The notes beneath the pieces are model-generated. The model searched no databases, was not told the DNA's origin, and was given only the letters and a program-made list of their open reading frames with translations. DNA of 64,000 bases. Source: Planctomycetota bacterium (GTDB lineage: Bacteria; Planctomycetota; UBA8108; SXIK01). Position numbers and translations under genes: made by a program. Location of the stretch: contig CBDCXR010000004.1 in assembly GCA_965223845.1 (NCBI GenBank), forward strand, positions 5,536,001 to 5,600,000, in the 5' to 3' direction. Below, piece by piece: positions 41,376-50,175 of this stretch. Positions within the stretch are counted from its first letter, which is position 1, and every line of letters starts with the position of its first letter.

Positions 41376-42596
41376 TTAGAGGGGGCAACCCTCGTTGTTG
41401 AGCCCGTCGAGGACGTCCTTCGTGCCCTCGATCACGTCCGCGTCGCCGCTGTCGACCGCGTCGTTGAACGCGTCGATCACTTCGTCCGCGGTCAGACCGT
41501 AGCTGACGTCCGGAGAGAGCGCGTTGAGGAGCGCCGCGACCGAGTGACGTCCGAGCGCGTTCACGCCGCCGCCCCGAATTCTGAGAATATCGAGGAGCGT
41601 TTGGTCGCCAAAGACGTCGCTACCGAAGACGTCGACAAAGAGGTCGTCCGGACTCACGAGCGTCCAGTCGCCGACGCGAAGACCACGATTCTTCCAGTAT
41701 CCGGGCGTGCAGCCTTCGCCACCGGTCGGCGGCTCCGGACGGAAGTAGCAGAAGTCCGCCGTCAGATCGCTCGAGTTGTCGTCCGCGAGCGTCGTGCAGT
41801 AAGGAGAAGCGCGGCTGTCGCCGAGCTCGCCACACGCAACGAGGCTGCTCGAGACGGTCGACTCGTCGACCTTCACGCAGTAGTCGCCGGCACAGAGACC
41901 CTCGAAGAGGTAGTTGCCGTCCGCGTCGGTGATCGCCGAAGCGATCTCCGCGCCGCTGCCGTCACAGAGGACGAGACGGACATCCGGAAGACCGTTTTCG
42001 CCTGCATCCTTCACGCCGTCGCCGTTCTCGTCGACCCACACGAGATCGCCGATCGTCCCAAGGCAGGGATCGGGAACATCGCAGTAGACGAAATCGATGC
42101 CGTTGATGTTCGTGCCGCAGCCGGGGATCACCGGCTCCATGTCGACCGTCTGCGACTTCCCGGCGAGGTCACCGCCCGCGCAAACCGACGGATCCGGAAC
42201 ATCGGTCTCCGCGCAGCCCGCACCGTTCTCCGTGTTGAGACAGTTGAGCGTCGTGAGCTCCTTGTTCGCGGGGACCATCGAGTCGTCGATGATCTTCACC
42301 GTGAAGACGATGATCGGGTCGAAGCGGACGAGGTCGGTGAACCGATACTCGCCCATGTCGTCCGTCGTCGTCGTGACGTCGATACCGTTGTCCTGGAGGG
42401 GATTCCCGTCCCCGTCGCAGAGTCCGACCACGACGTTCTCGAGAACCTCGGGGCCCGGCTGCGCGTCCTGGCCGCAATCAGGATCGGCGCCGGCGCACCA
42501 AATCGTCCCTCGGATCGTGCGAGCGGACGCGGTAGAACACGCCAGCACGACACACGCGGTCGCCGCGAAACCGACGATCGTTCTTGTTTTCAACAT
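41376..42596 (-). CDS. Secreted Cys-rich SdrD-B domain protein, paralogue 1
   Basis: Signal peptide; IGDLVWVDENGDG...TDADGNYLF; C-terminal GCTPGYWKN...GCPL domain; AAGGAG RBS. Confidence 0.9.
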   Translation of the reverse strand: MLKTRTIVGFAATACVVLACSTASARTIRGTIWCAGADPDCGQDAQPGPEVLENVVVGLCDGDGNPLQDNGIDVTTTTDDMGEYRFTDLVRFDPIIVFTVKIIDDSMVPANKELTTLNCLNTENGAGCAETDVPDPSVCAGGDLAGKSQTVDMEPVIPGCGTNINGIDFVYCDVPDPCLGTIGDLVWVDENGDGVKDAGENGLPDVRLVLCDGSGAEIASAITDADGNYLFEGLCAGDYCVKVDESTVSSSLVACGELGDSRASPYCTTLADDNSSDLTADFCYFRPEPPTGGEGCTPGYWKNRGLRVGDWTLVSPDDLFVDVFGSDVFGDQTLLDILRIRGGGVNALGRHSVAALLNALSPDVSYGLTADEVIDAFNDAVDSGDADVIEGTKDVLDGLNNEGCPL

Positions 42597-42734
42597 ACCT
42601 CGCTCCTTTGAAAACAGACCTACAGAGAAACCCAACAGACACAAAGAAAACTCCGGCCGCGTTAACGTCGCGAGTGAATCGCGCCAAGTCCCGCTGAAGA
42701 GCACGCCCCCCGACGGAACCATACGCAGTTCGAG

Positions 42735-42793
42735 CGTTCAGACCGTCGCTCGATTGGCGCGAAATCGGACTTCCGATCGCTGAGGACTTCCCC
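42735..42793 (-). promoter_or_regulatory. Conserved upstream boxes shared with paralogue 2
   Basis: + strand CGTTCAGACCG (42735) and TCGCTGAGGACTTCCCC (42777); same 42-nt offset at 44737/44779. Confidence 0.55.
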
Positions 42794-43076
42794 TGCGGAG
42801 AGGCGGATTTCTTCCCCAGTTCCCCGCGGTCGTGAACTACCCGGAGAATCGACCAGAACTGCCCCTGATCGCGAAAACGCGCGAAATTCCTCGTAAGACC
42901 AATATCCTTGGTTTCTCTTGTAGTCGAATTCTCGCGGTCGAGCGAACACAAAATCGGGCGGCGAAGCACGATTTCCCGGCTCCGTGCTTCCCTCCACTCG
43001 CCCCCGCGGCTTCGGCCGCCAGAGGGCGCTCGGAGGAAGGAGCGTCCCCCGGAGGGACGATCCCCGCGCCAACGAA

Positions 43077-43116
43077 AGCGAGCGCCCGAAAGATCGAGAT
43101 CCTTCGGGCGCTCGCT
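43077..43116 (-). terminator. Terminator hairpin (paralogue-2 copy)
   Basis: AGCGAGCGCCCGAAAGAT-CGAG-ATCCTTCGGGCGCTCGCT. Confidence 0.75.
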
Positions 43117-43154
43117 GTGAACCCGGCGGTTCGCTGGAACTCGCGCGGCGGCGA

Positions 43155-44387
43155 TTACCTGCGCGCGCCGAGGGGACAACCCTCGTTGTTGAGCGCATCG
43201 AGGACGTCCTTCGTACCTTCGATGACGTCCTTGTCCCCACTGTCGACCGCGTCGTTGAACGCGTCGATCACTTCGTCTGCGGTCAGACCGTAGCTGACGT
43301 CCGGAGAGAGCGCGTTGAGGAGCGCCGCGACCGAGTGACGTCCGAGCGCGTTCACGCCGCCGCCCCGAATTCTGAGAATATCGAGGAGCGTTTGGTCGCC
43401 AAAGACGTCGCTACCGAAGACGTCGACAAAGAGGTCGTCCGGACTCACGAGCGTCCAGTCCCCGATGCGGAGACCCCGGTTCTTCCAGTATCCGGGCGTG
43501 CAGCCTTCGCCACCGGTCGGCGGCTCCGGACGGAAGTAGCAGAAGTCCGCCGTCAGATCGCTCGAGTTGTCGTCCGCGAGCGCCGTGCAGTACGGCGCGG
43601 CGCGGCTATTGCCGAGCTCGCCACACGCGACGAGGCTGCTCGAGACGGTCGACTCGTCGATCTTGACGCAGTAGTCGCCGGCGCAGAGACCTTCGAAGAG
43701 ATAGTTGCCGTCCGCGTCGGTGATCGCCGAAGCGATCTCCGCGCCGCTGCCGTCACAGAGGACGAGACGGACGTCCGGAAGACCGTTTTCGCCTGCATCC
43801 TTCACGCCGTCGCCGTTCTCGTCGACCCACACGAGATCGCCGATCGTCCCGAGGCAGGGATCGGGAACATCGCAGTAGACGAAGTCGATTCCATTCACGA
43901 TCGTGCCGCAGCCGGGGATCACCGGTTCCATGTCGATGGTTTGCGACTTATCGGCGAGGTCGCCGCCGGCGCAAACCGACGGATCCGGCACATCGGTCTC
44001 GGCGCAGCCCGCACCGTTCTCCGTGTTGAGACAGTTGAGCGTCGTGAGCTCCTTGCTCGCGGGGACCATCGAGTCGTCGATGATCTTCACCGTGAAGACG
44101 ATGATCGGGTCGAAACGGGCGAGGTCGCTGAACCGATACTCGCCATCGGAACCCGTCGTCGTCGTGACGTCGATGCCGTTGTCCTGGAGGGGATTCCCGT
44201 CCCCGTCGCAAAGTCCGACCACCACCTCGCCGAGACGCTCAGCACCGGGTTGCTCGTCCTGACCACATTCAGGATCGGCGCCGGCACACCAGATCGTCCC
44301 CTTGATCGTTCGAGCCGACACCTGAGCGCATGCCAGGGCGACACACGTGGCTGCCGCGAATCCAACCATCGTTCTTACTTTCAACAT
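43155..44387 (-). CDS. Secreted Cys-rich SdrD-B domain protein, paralogue 2
   Basis: Near-identical to paralogue 1 over the C-terminal two-thirds. Confidence 0.9.
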   Translation of the reverse strand: MLKVRTMVGFAAATCVALACAQVSARTIKGTIWCAGADPECGQDEQPGAERLGEVVVGLCDGDGNPLQDNGIDVTTTTGSDGEYRFSDLARFDPIIVFTVKIIDDSMVPASKELTTLNCLNTENGAGCAETDVPDPSVCAGGDLADKSQTIDMEPVIPGCGTIVNGIDFVYCDVPDPCLGTIGDLVWVDENGDGVKDAGENGLPDVRLVLCDGSGAEIASAITDADGNYLFEGLCAGDYCVKIDESTVSSSLVACGELGNSRAAPYCTALADDNSSDLTADFCYFRPEPPTGGEGCTPGYWKNRGLRIGDWTLVSPDDLFVDVFGSDVFGDQTLLDILRIRGGGVNALGRHSVAALLNALSPDVSYGLTADEVIDAFNDAVDSGDKDVIEGTKDVLDALNNEGCPLGARR

Positions 44388-44461
44388 TCGTCGTTCCTTT
44401 CGAAGCGGACAGAGTTCTAGACAGACCGAGAGACTCGGGTCGCAGGTGGACCACGACTGGT

Positions 44462-44705
44462 CCCGAGGGATCACTGCCCCGAGGGATCACTGCCCCGAGG
44501 GGGTCACTGCCCAGAGGGATCACTGCCCAGAGGGGATCACTGCCCAGAGGGGATCACTGCCCGAGGGATCACTGCGCCCGGAGGGGTCACTGCCCGGAGG
44601 GAGTCACTGCGCCCGGAGGGGTCACTGCCCGGAGGGAGTCACTGCCCGGAGGGAGTCACTGCCCGGAGGGAGTCACTGCCCAGAGGGGGTCACTGCCCGA
44701 AGGGA
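44462..44705. repeat. Tandem repeat, 14 units of 15-18 bp, consensus GAGGG(A/G)(G)TCACTGCCC
   Basis: TCACTGC core at 44471, 44487, 44504, 44520, 44537, 44554, 44569, 44587, 44604, 44622, 44639, 44656, 44673, 44690. Confidence 0.95.
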
Positions 44706-44736
44706 AACACCACCCCGAAGAAAAGCACGGCTCGAA

Positions 44737-44795
44737 CGTTCAGACCGGCGCCTAGTCAAACCGATCGAGACCTCTGCGTCGCTCAGGAATTCCCC
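44737..44795 (-). promoter_or_regulatory. Conserved upstream boxes shared with paralogue 1
   Basis: + strand CGTTCAGACCG (44737) and TCGCTCAGGAATTCCCC (44779). Confidence 0.55.
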
Positions 44796-44949
44796 GACTC
44801 GCGAATGCCTCGACGCGACTACGTCTCCGCGTTCCATCGCTCCGCAGAGAATCAAATCAGATCGCAAACTCGCACGATCTTCCGCGGCGGCACCACCACC
44901 TTTGGCAAACAACGACCGAAAGAGCCCGGTCGCTCTGCCCAAAACGAAA

Positions 44950-44988
44950 GAAAGCGCCCGAAGGATCACTGCTCCTTCGGGCGCTTTC
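44950..44988 (-). terminator. Terminator hairpin (paralogue-3 copy), loop TCACTGC
   Basis: Perfect 16-bp stem GAAAGCGCCCGAAGGA-TCACTGC-TCCTTCGGGCGCTTTC with an A-rich flank (U-tract on -). Confidence 0.85.
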
Positions 44989-45024
44989 AACGAGTCCGAC
45001 GACTCGAAACAACTCGCGGGACGA

Positions 45025-46254
45025 TTAGCGTCGCGCGCCGAGGGGGCAACCCTCGTTGTTGAGCTCGTCGAACACGTCCTTCGTGGCTTCGATCAAGTCG
45101 GCGTCGCCGCTGGCCACCGCGTCGTTGAACGCGTCGATGACTTCGGCGGCCGTGAGACCGTAGTCGACATTCGGCGAGAGGGCGTTGAGAAGCGCCGCGA
45201 CCGCATGGCGTCCGAGCGCATTCACGCCGCCGCCGCGAAGGCGGAGAACGTCGAGGAGCGTCTGACCGGAAAACACGTCGTTCCCGAAGACCGACTCGAA
45301 CGTGGCGTCCGGGTCGAGCTCCCAGTCGCCGATCCGACGACCGCGATTCTTCCAGTAACCCGGCGTACAGCCCTCGCCACCGGTGGGCGGCTCGGGACGG
45401 AAGTAGCAGAAGTCCGCCGTTAGGTCGCTCGAATCGTCGGCCGCGAGGGTCGTACAGTACGGATCCGCTCGGCTGTCGCCGAGAGCACCGCAGGGAAGAA
45501 GGCCTTCCGGGATCGTCGAGTCGTCAACCTTGACGCAGTAGTCGCCAGCGCAGAGGCCCTCGAAGAGGTAGTTGCCGTCCGCGTCGGTGATCGCCGAAGC
45601 GATCTCCGCGCCGCCGCCGTCGCAAAGGACGAGGCGAACGTCCCCGAGACCGTTCTCTTCGGCATCCTTCACGCCGTCGCCGTTCTGGTCGATCCAGACG
45701 AGGTCGCCGATCGTGCCTTCGCACACGACGGGGATGTCGCAGTAGACGAAGTCGATCCCGTTGACGTTCGTGCCACAACCCGGGATGACCGGTGCCATGT
45801 CGATGGTCTGCGATTTTTCCGCGAGGTCACCGCCGGCACAGACGGACGGATCGGGAACGTCCGTCTCGGCGCAGCCCGCGCCGTTCTCGGTGTTGAGACA
45901 GTTGAGCGTGGTGAGCTCTTTCCCGGCGGGAACCATCGAGTCGTCGAGAATTTTCACGGTGAAGACGACGATCGGATCGAAGCGAACGAGATCCGTGAAC
46001 CGGTAGTTGCCTTCGTCGTCCGTCGTCGTCGTGACGTCGACGCCGTTGTCCTGGAGCGGATTCCCGTCTCCGTCGCAGAGACCGACGACCACGTTCTCGA
46101 GAATTTCCGGGCCCGGCTGCGCGTCCTGACCGCACTCGGGATCGGCGCCGGCGCACCAAATCGTTCCCTTGATCGTACGAGCGGACGCCTGAGCACACGA
46201 CAGGGCGACACAAGCCGCTGCCGCGAACCCGACGATGCTTCGCGTATTCAACAT
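45025..46254 (-). CDS. Secreted Cys-rich SdrD-B domain protein, paralogue 3
   Basis: Same architecture, most diverged copy; AAGGAG RBS. Confidence 0.9.
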   Translation of the reverse strand: MLNTRSIVGFAAAACVALSCAQASARTIKGTIWCAGADPECGQDAQPGPEILENVVVGLCDGDGNPLQDNGVDVTTTTDDEGNYRFTDLVRFDPIVVFTVKILDDSMVPAGKELTTLNCLNTENGAGCAETDVPDPSVCAGGDLAEKSQTIDMAPVIPGCGTNVNGIDFVYCDIPVVCEGTIGDLVWIDQNGDGVKDAEENGLGDVRLVLCDGGGAEIASAITDADGNYLFEGLCAGDYCVKVDDSTIPEGLLPCGALGDSRADPYCTTLAADDSSDLTADFCYFRPEPPTGGEGCTPGYWKNRGRRIGDWELDPDATFESVFGNDVFSGQTLLDVLRLRGGGVNALGRHAVAALLNALSPNVDYGLTAAEVIDAFNDAVASGDADLIEATKDVFDELNNEGCPLGARR

Positions 46255-46468
46255 GCTTTACTCCTTTGAAAGCACACCAACAAGAAACCGACAAACTCCA
46301 GTGGATGATCGGGACGCCGGGCGGAGCTAAACGCATCCGGCGACCACCGGTCGGCGCGAGGGGTGAGCTCGAATCGGACGATTTCGAACGCGGCTGCCTG
46401 CGAGTGCTCTCGAGGTCCGCTCGACCTCGCCGATCGATTCTTCGTTCGATCGCCGACGCGGGGGCTCG

Positions 46469-46485
46469 TGCAAGCACTGAGCCAA
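46469..46485 (-). promoter_or_regulatory. Putative sigma54 -24/-12 promoter
   Basis: Minus strand TTGGCTCAGTGCTTGCA: GG-N10-GC with one mismatch to TGGCAC-N5-TTGCA, about 215 nt upstream of paralogue 3. Confidence 0.55.
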
Positions 46486-46911
46486 GATGTGTCCCGCACT
46501 CGATCCGTCCGAGGGAAAGGCGGGTGTGCTCGCGGAAACCAGCGATTCGCCGGTGATCGCGGTTTCGCTTCTCCGGCGGTTTACGGGCTCAAACCGCGTC
46601 GCAGTTCTTCGATGTGCACCAAAATCGGACGATCGGTAGCGATTCCGCCGACGGGACTCCGGGAGATGGACAGCGAAGCTGCGTACGGGAAAACTCGCAC
46701 CGTCACCGGAGCGAGAATCGCCCAGCATCGGGACGGCGCGGCGAGTGACTCGGGAATCGGGACGCCCATTTTCGCCCGATCCGTCCGCAGCAGCTAGCGC
46801 CGCTCGGTTCCACCGATGTGACCGGAACTGGATCGGATGCTATCACTCTCCAGCGGTCTCCGGCGGGAGGCTCGCCCCCGCACGCACCGATCTCTGAAGG
46901 GATCCACTCCG

Positions 46912-47496
46912 ATGCGTACGCAGAACAGCACAGTGCATCGACGGCGCGAGAGCGGTGTCAGCCTCGTCGAAGTGATGGTGTACGTCGCGTTGATCGTGAT
47001 CCTCGGCGGCCCGATCGCGTTCACCGTACTCACCTCTACTCGAAGTACCGCCGACCACGACGCGTTCAACAAGATCGCCGAGCGCAACCGCGTCGCGCGG
47101 TTCCGTTTCGCGCAGGACGGGAGAAACGCCGAGCTGAGCTCGATCACCGTGACGAACGGCGGCACGAATGTCGTATTCACATTCCCCGACCAGCTCGTCG
47201 GAGGAGCTTTCGTCGCCGGAGACATGATCCGCTACGAGTTCTCCCTCGTGCCCGGTGAGCAGTCGAACGGCATCGACGACAACGGCAACGGACTCGCCGA
47301 TGAAGGCCGTCTGCGCCGCATCAACCTTACGCAAAACGAAGTCGTCGGAGTCTGCGAAGGACTGGACCTGACGAACAGTGGATTCGCACTCAACGGCAAC
47401 CGCCTCAGCATTACCGTAACGACCCAAGGCGTAATGGGATCGGACAAGAACGCGCACGGTGTGACGCGAACGACCGACGTCCGTCCGCGCAACTGA
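46912..47496 (+). CDS. Prepilin-type minor pilin (PilW/PulJ-like)
   Basis: RRRESG|VSLVEVMVYVALIVILG class III signal with E+5; DDNGNGLADEG loop. Confidence 0.85.
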   Translation: MRTQNSTVHRRRESGVSLVEVMVYVALIVILGGPIAFTVLTSTRSTADHDAFNKIAERNRVARFRFAQDGRNAELSSITVTNGGTNVVFTFPDQLVGGAFVAGDMIRYEFSLVPGEQSNGIDDNGNGLADEGRLRRINLTQNEVVGVCEGLDLTNSGFALNGNRLSITVTTQGVMGSDKNAHGVTRTTDVRPRN

Positions 47497-47633
47497 CCGA
47501 ATCCGCGTCAGCGCTTCTCATTCGCTGAGCTCGCACTCACCCACTGGAGGATCCTCGGGAGACCGAACGGACGGGCGGGACGGAGACCGTTTTCGTACTT
47601 TCGTGCTTCAGGCCTTTGGACAGAGTCGCCCCC

Positions 47634-48818
47634 ATGAAACACCCGAATCGCAACCAAGGGAACGCGCTCATCGCCGTGCTCGTTCTCTTCGTCATGCTCG
47701 CCGGTCTCGCGAGCTCTCAACACACGGTGGTTCGTTCGAACCTCCAACAGGCGAACGACTTTTACTCGCGTTCGCAGCTCCTCCAATGCGCGGAGAGCGG
47801 CCTCGCTCTCGGATCCCATGAGATTCACAACAATATCTCGGCGGATCCGGGAAAGATCGGGACCGAGCTCTGGACTGCGACCGGAGACTTCGGTCGCGAT
47901 GGCCTCCCGGGTACGTACGACGCCGGCGAGAACGACGGGATTCCGTCGCCCGGCGAGCCGAACGTCGTGCCGCAGCCGATCGGTCCGTCCGAGCTCGGCG
48001 CGAACCTTCTCGTGTACGCCGACAACACCGCGGTTGCCGGTGTTCTGCGTGTCGTATCCGTCGCTTACAACGCCGACAACATGGTGACGGTGACGAAGTT
48101 CGTCGAAGAGCAGATCGTATCGCTTCCGCAGACGGGTGCGGTGTACGTCGATCCGAGCGTCTCGCTCTCCCTCAACGGAAACTCGTTCACCATGGACGGG
48201 AACGACACCAACCTCGACGGCACCGCGGGTCCGAACGCCGCGCTCCCGGGCCTGGCAACGACAACCGTCGGTGCGGTGGGCGATAGCACCGCGAATCTTC
48301 TCGGCCAGATCCCATCCACTGCGGCGAACAACATCCTCGGACAGGGCGGAACGCCCTCCATCGGCGAAGTATCGAGCTTCGATCTCGACGCCATGTTCGA
48401 AAAGCTCAAAGCGAAGCAGACGCAAACTCTCTCCACGGGCACGTACTCCAACGTGAGTTGGGGCACGCCGGTCGTCGGTGGAATGGAGGTCGTCTACGCC
48501 TCGAGCGACATCGCACTCTCCGGGCAGGGCAGCGGCGCGGGTGTGCTTCTCGTCGACGGCAACCTCGAAATCACCGGCCAGTTCGAATGGGTCGGACTCA
48601 TCATCGTCCGCGGCGATATCAAGATGGCCGGCGGAGGAACCGCCATTCATACGCTCGGTTCTCTCATGGTGACCGACACGCTCTCCGCGGTCGATCCGTC
48701 CAATCTCACCATCTCTGGAAACGCGGATGCCGTGTACAGCAGCGAAGCGATGAGCATGGTGGAGACGTTTCTCAACACGTCCAAAGACTACGACACCCTC
48801 TACGTCGAGGTGCGCTGA
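47634..48818 (+). CDS. PilX-like minor pilin with large C-terminal domain
   Basis: RNQG|NALIAVLVLFVML lacking E+5; CAESGL; Gly-rich beta-solenoid-like GVLLVDGNL...GLIIVRG. Confidence 0.8.
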   Translation: MKHPNRNQGNALIAVLVLFVMLAGLASSQHTVVRSNLQQANDFYSRSQLLQCAESGLALGSHEIHNNISADPGKIGTELWTATGDFGRDGLPGTYDAGENDGIPSPGEPNVVPQPIGPSELGANLLVYADNTAVAGVLRVVSVAYNADNMVTVTKFVEEQIVSLPQTGAVYVDPSVSLSLNGNSFTMDGNDTNLDGTAGPNAALPGLATTTVGAVGDSTANLLGQIPSTAANNILGQGGTPSIGEVSSFDLDAMFEKLKAKQTQTLSTGTYSNVSWGTPVVGGMEVVYASSDIALSGQGSGAGVLLVDGNLEITGQFEWVGLIIVRGDIKMAGGGTAIHTLGSLMVTDTLSAVDPSNLTISGNADAVYSSEAMSMVETFLNTSKDYDTLYVEVR

Positions 48819-49565
48819 ATGAGACCCTCACTCGGAACTCGAGTCGCAGGCGCCGTGCTGGTGGCACTCCTCGCCTCGGACCCGGCCGTCGCGCAGGTGA
48901 CTTCGGGCACGAAAGACGCTGGAGAGGCCAGCGCCAAAGAAAAGAAGAAGAGCAAGAAGCACGCGGAGTTCGTAAAAGCGATGGAGACCATCGCCGCCTC
49001 GACGAACAAGCACCGCCTCGTGGCGGCGATGCAGAAGCTTCGAAAGGGCTACCCCGACTCCCACGATGCGCTCGTCGAAGCGCTCAAAGGACGCTCGTCC
49101 CGCGCCCGCGCGTACGCCGTGCAGATTCTCGGCGAGTTCGGCGACCCGAAGGAGGTCTTTAAGCACGTCTCCTACGGATTGAACGACCCCGTCGCCTCCG
49201 TCCGCCTCGCGGCTGTAACCGCGATGCTTCGGATGGGCGAGGGCGCCCGCGAAGCGCTCGAGCGCTACCTTCCACGCGAGGAAGAGAAGAACGTTCGGAA
49301 GATGGCGATCAAAATGCTCCATCGGCTCGGCGACAAGAAGGCGATCCCGTTTCTCGTCGAGCGACTCGAAGTCGAGAAGGACGCCGGAGCTCGTCGCTTC
49401 ACCGTGAAAGCCCTTCAGGCGCTGTCGGGACAGAAGATCGGCGACGATTTGAACGCGTGGCGGCGCTACACGCTCAAAGAGAGCGAAGAGCGCCAGCGGC
49501 GCGAGCTCGAAAAATACGCCGAGCGACTTCTCGAGAAGAAAAAGAAAGCGGAGGCGAAGCAATGA
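48819..49565 (+). CDS. Secreted HEAT-repeat protein
   Basis: Signal peptide; LNDPVASVRLAAVTAM, KKAIPFLVERL, ALQALSGQKIG..W. Confidence 0.85.
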   Translation: MRPSLGTRVAGAVLVALLASDPAVAQVTSGTKDAGEASAKEKKKSKKHAEFVKAMETIAASTNKHRLVAAMQKLRKGYPDSHDALVEALKGRSSRARAYAVQILGEFGDPKEVFKHVSYGLNDPVASVRLAAVTAMLRMGEGAREALERYLPREEEKNVRKMAIKMLHRLGDKKAIPFLVERLEVEKDAGARRFTVKALQALSGQKIGDDLNAWRRYTLKESEERQRRELEKYAERLLEKKKKAEAKQ

Positions 49566-50047
49566 AACGAACTCCCTCCCGCGAACAGGGCGCGCTGATG
49601 ATCGAGATGGCACTCGCTCTCAGCATCTTCGCCGTCGGCGTCCTCGCCTACATGAACAGCTTCTTCTCGAGCACGTCGGCGTTCGGCTCCGTCGAGGAGA
49701 TCGATGAGATCACCCTCGCGTTCGAAAACATGGCCGAACACCTCCGCGAGGAGACCTTTGACGACGTCTACGCGAAGTACAACGGCGCGAGCCCGATGAC
49801 CCTCTACCAAATGAAGGGTCCGAGCGGAGGCCCGGCGGTCGTCACGACGACGTGCTTCGTGAACGAAACGAACGTCCCCGCGGAGTTCGGCCCCATCTCT
49901 GATCTCGACGGAAACGCGAGTCAGCAGTCGACGGACGTCTCGGGGTCGTACCTTCTTCTTCCCGTGCGGATGCGCGTAACGTTTCAGACCGGTCAGGGAA
50001 CTCAGGTCCGCGACCAGTACATCATTCTCGAAGGTCCGGACGTGTAG
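49562..50047 (+). CDS. Prepilin-type minor pilin (PilV-like)
   Basis: REQG|ALMIEMALALSIFAVGVL with E+5; ATGA overlap with the HEAT gene. Confidence 0.85.
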   Translation: MKRTPSREQGALMIEMALALSIFAVGVLAYMNSFFSSTSAFGSVEEIDEITLAFENMAEHLREETFDDVYAKYNGASPMTLYQMKGPSGGPAVVTTTCFVNETNVPAEFGPISDLDGNASQQSTDVSGSYLLLPVRMRVTFQTGQGTQVRDQYIILEGPDV

Positions 50048-50067
50048 CCGCGCGCCGAAAGGTGCGC

Positions 50068-50166
50068 CCCGTTCCCGTTCCCGTTCCCGACAAACTTCTC
50101 TTCCTTCTTTCACTCCGTTCCGCCAGGAGCGAACCTCGCCCCTTCGGGAACGGGAACGGGAACGGG
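50068..50166. repeat. Palindromic element with 23-bp inverted arms built from CCCGTT hexamers
   Basis: CCCGTTCCCGTTCCCGTTCCCGA (50068-50090) / TCGGGAACGGGAACGGGAACGGG (50144-50166). Confidence 0.85.
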
Positions 50167-50175
50167 AGTAGACTC

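Noticed and set aside
44462-44705. CRISPR array or coding repeat
   Set aside because: Units are contiguous with no unique spacers, there are no cas genes, and the 15-18 bp period breaks frame, so overlapping ORFs (e.g. 44330-44755) are spurious
46513-46700. Hairpin cluster (GAAACC...GGTTTC; GCGGTTT...AAACCGC) as a c-di-GMP or other riboswitch
   Set aside because: I could not find the diagnostic conserved motifs; they may be activator binding sites for the sigma54 promoter but this is unsupported
46794-46818. CACCGATG upstream of the pilin cluster as the same promoter class as the 2.6-kb units
   Set aside because: No matching upstream box at the 22-nt offset; too short to support alone
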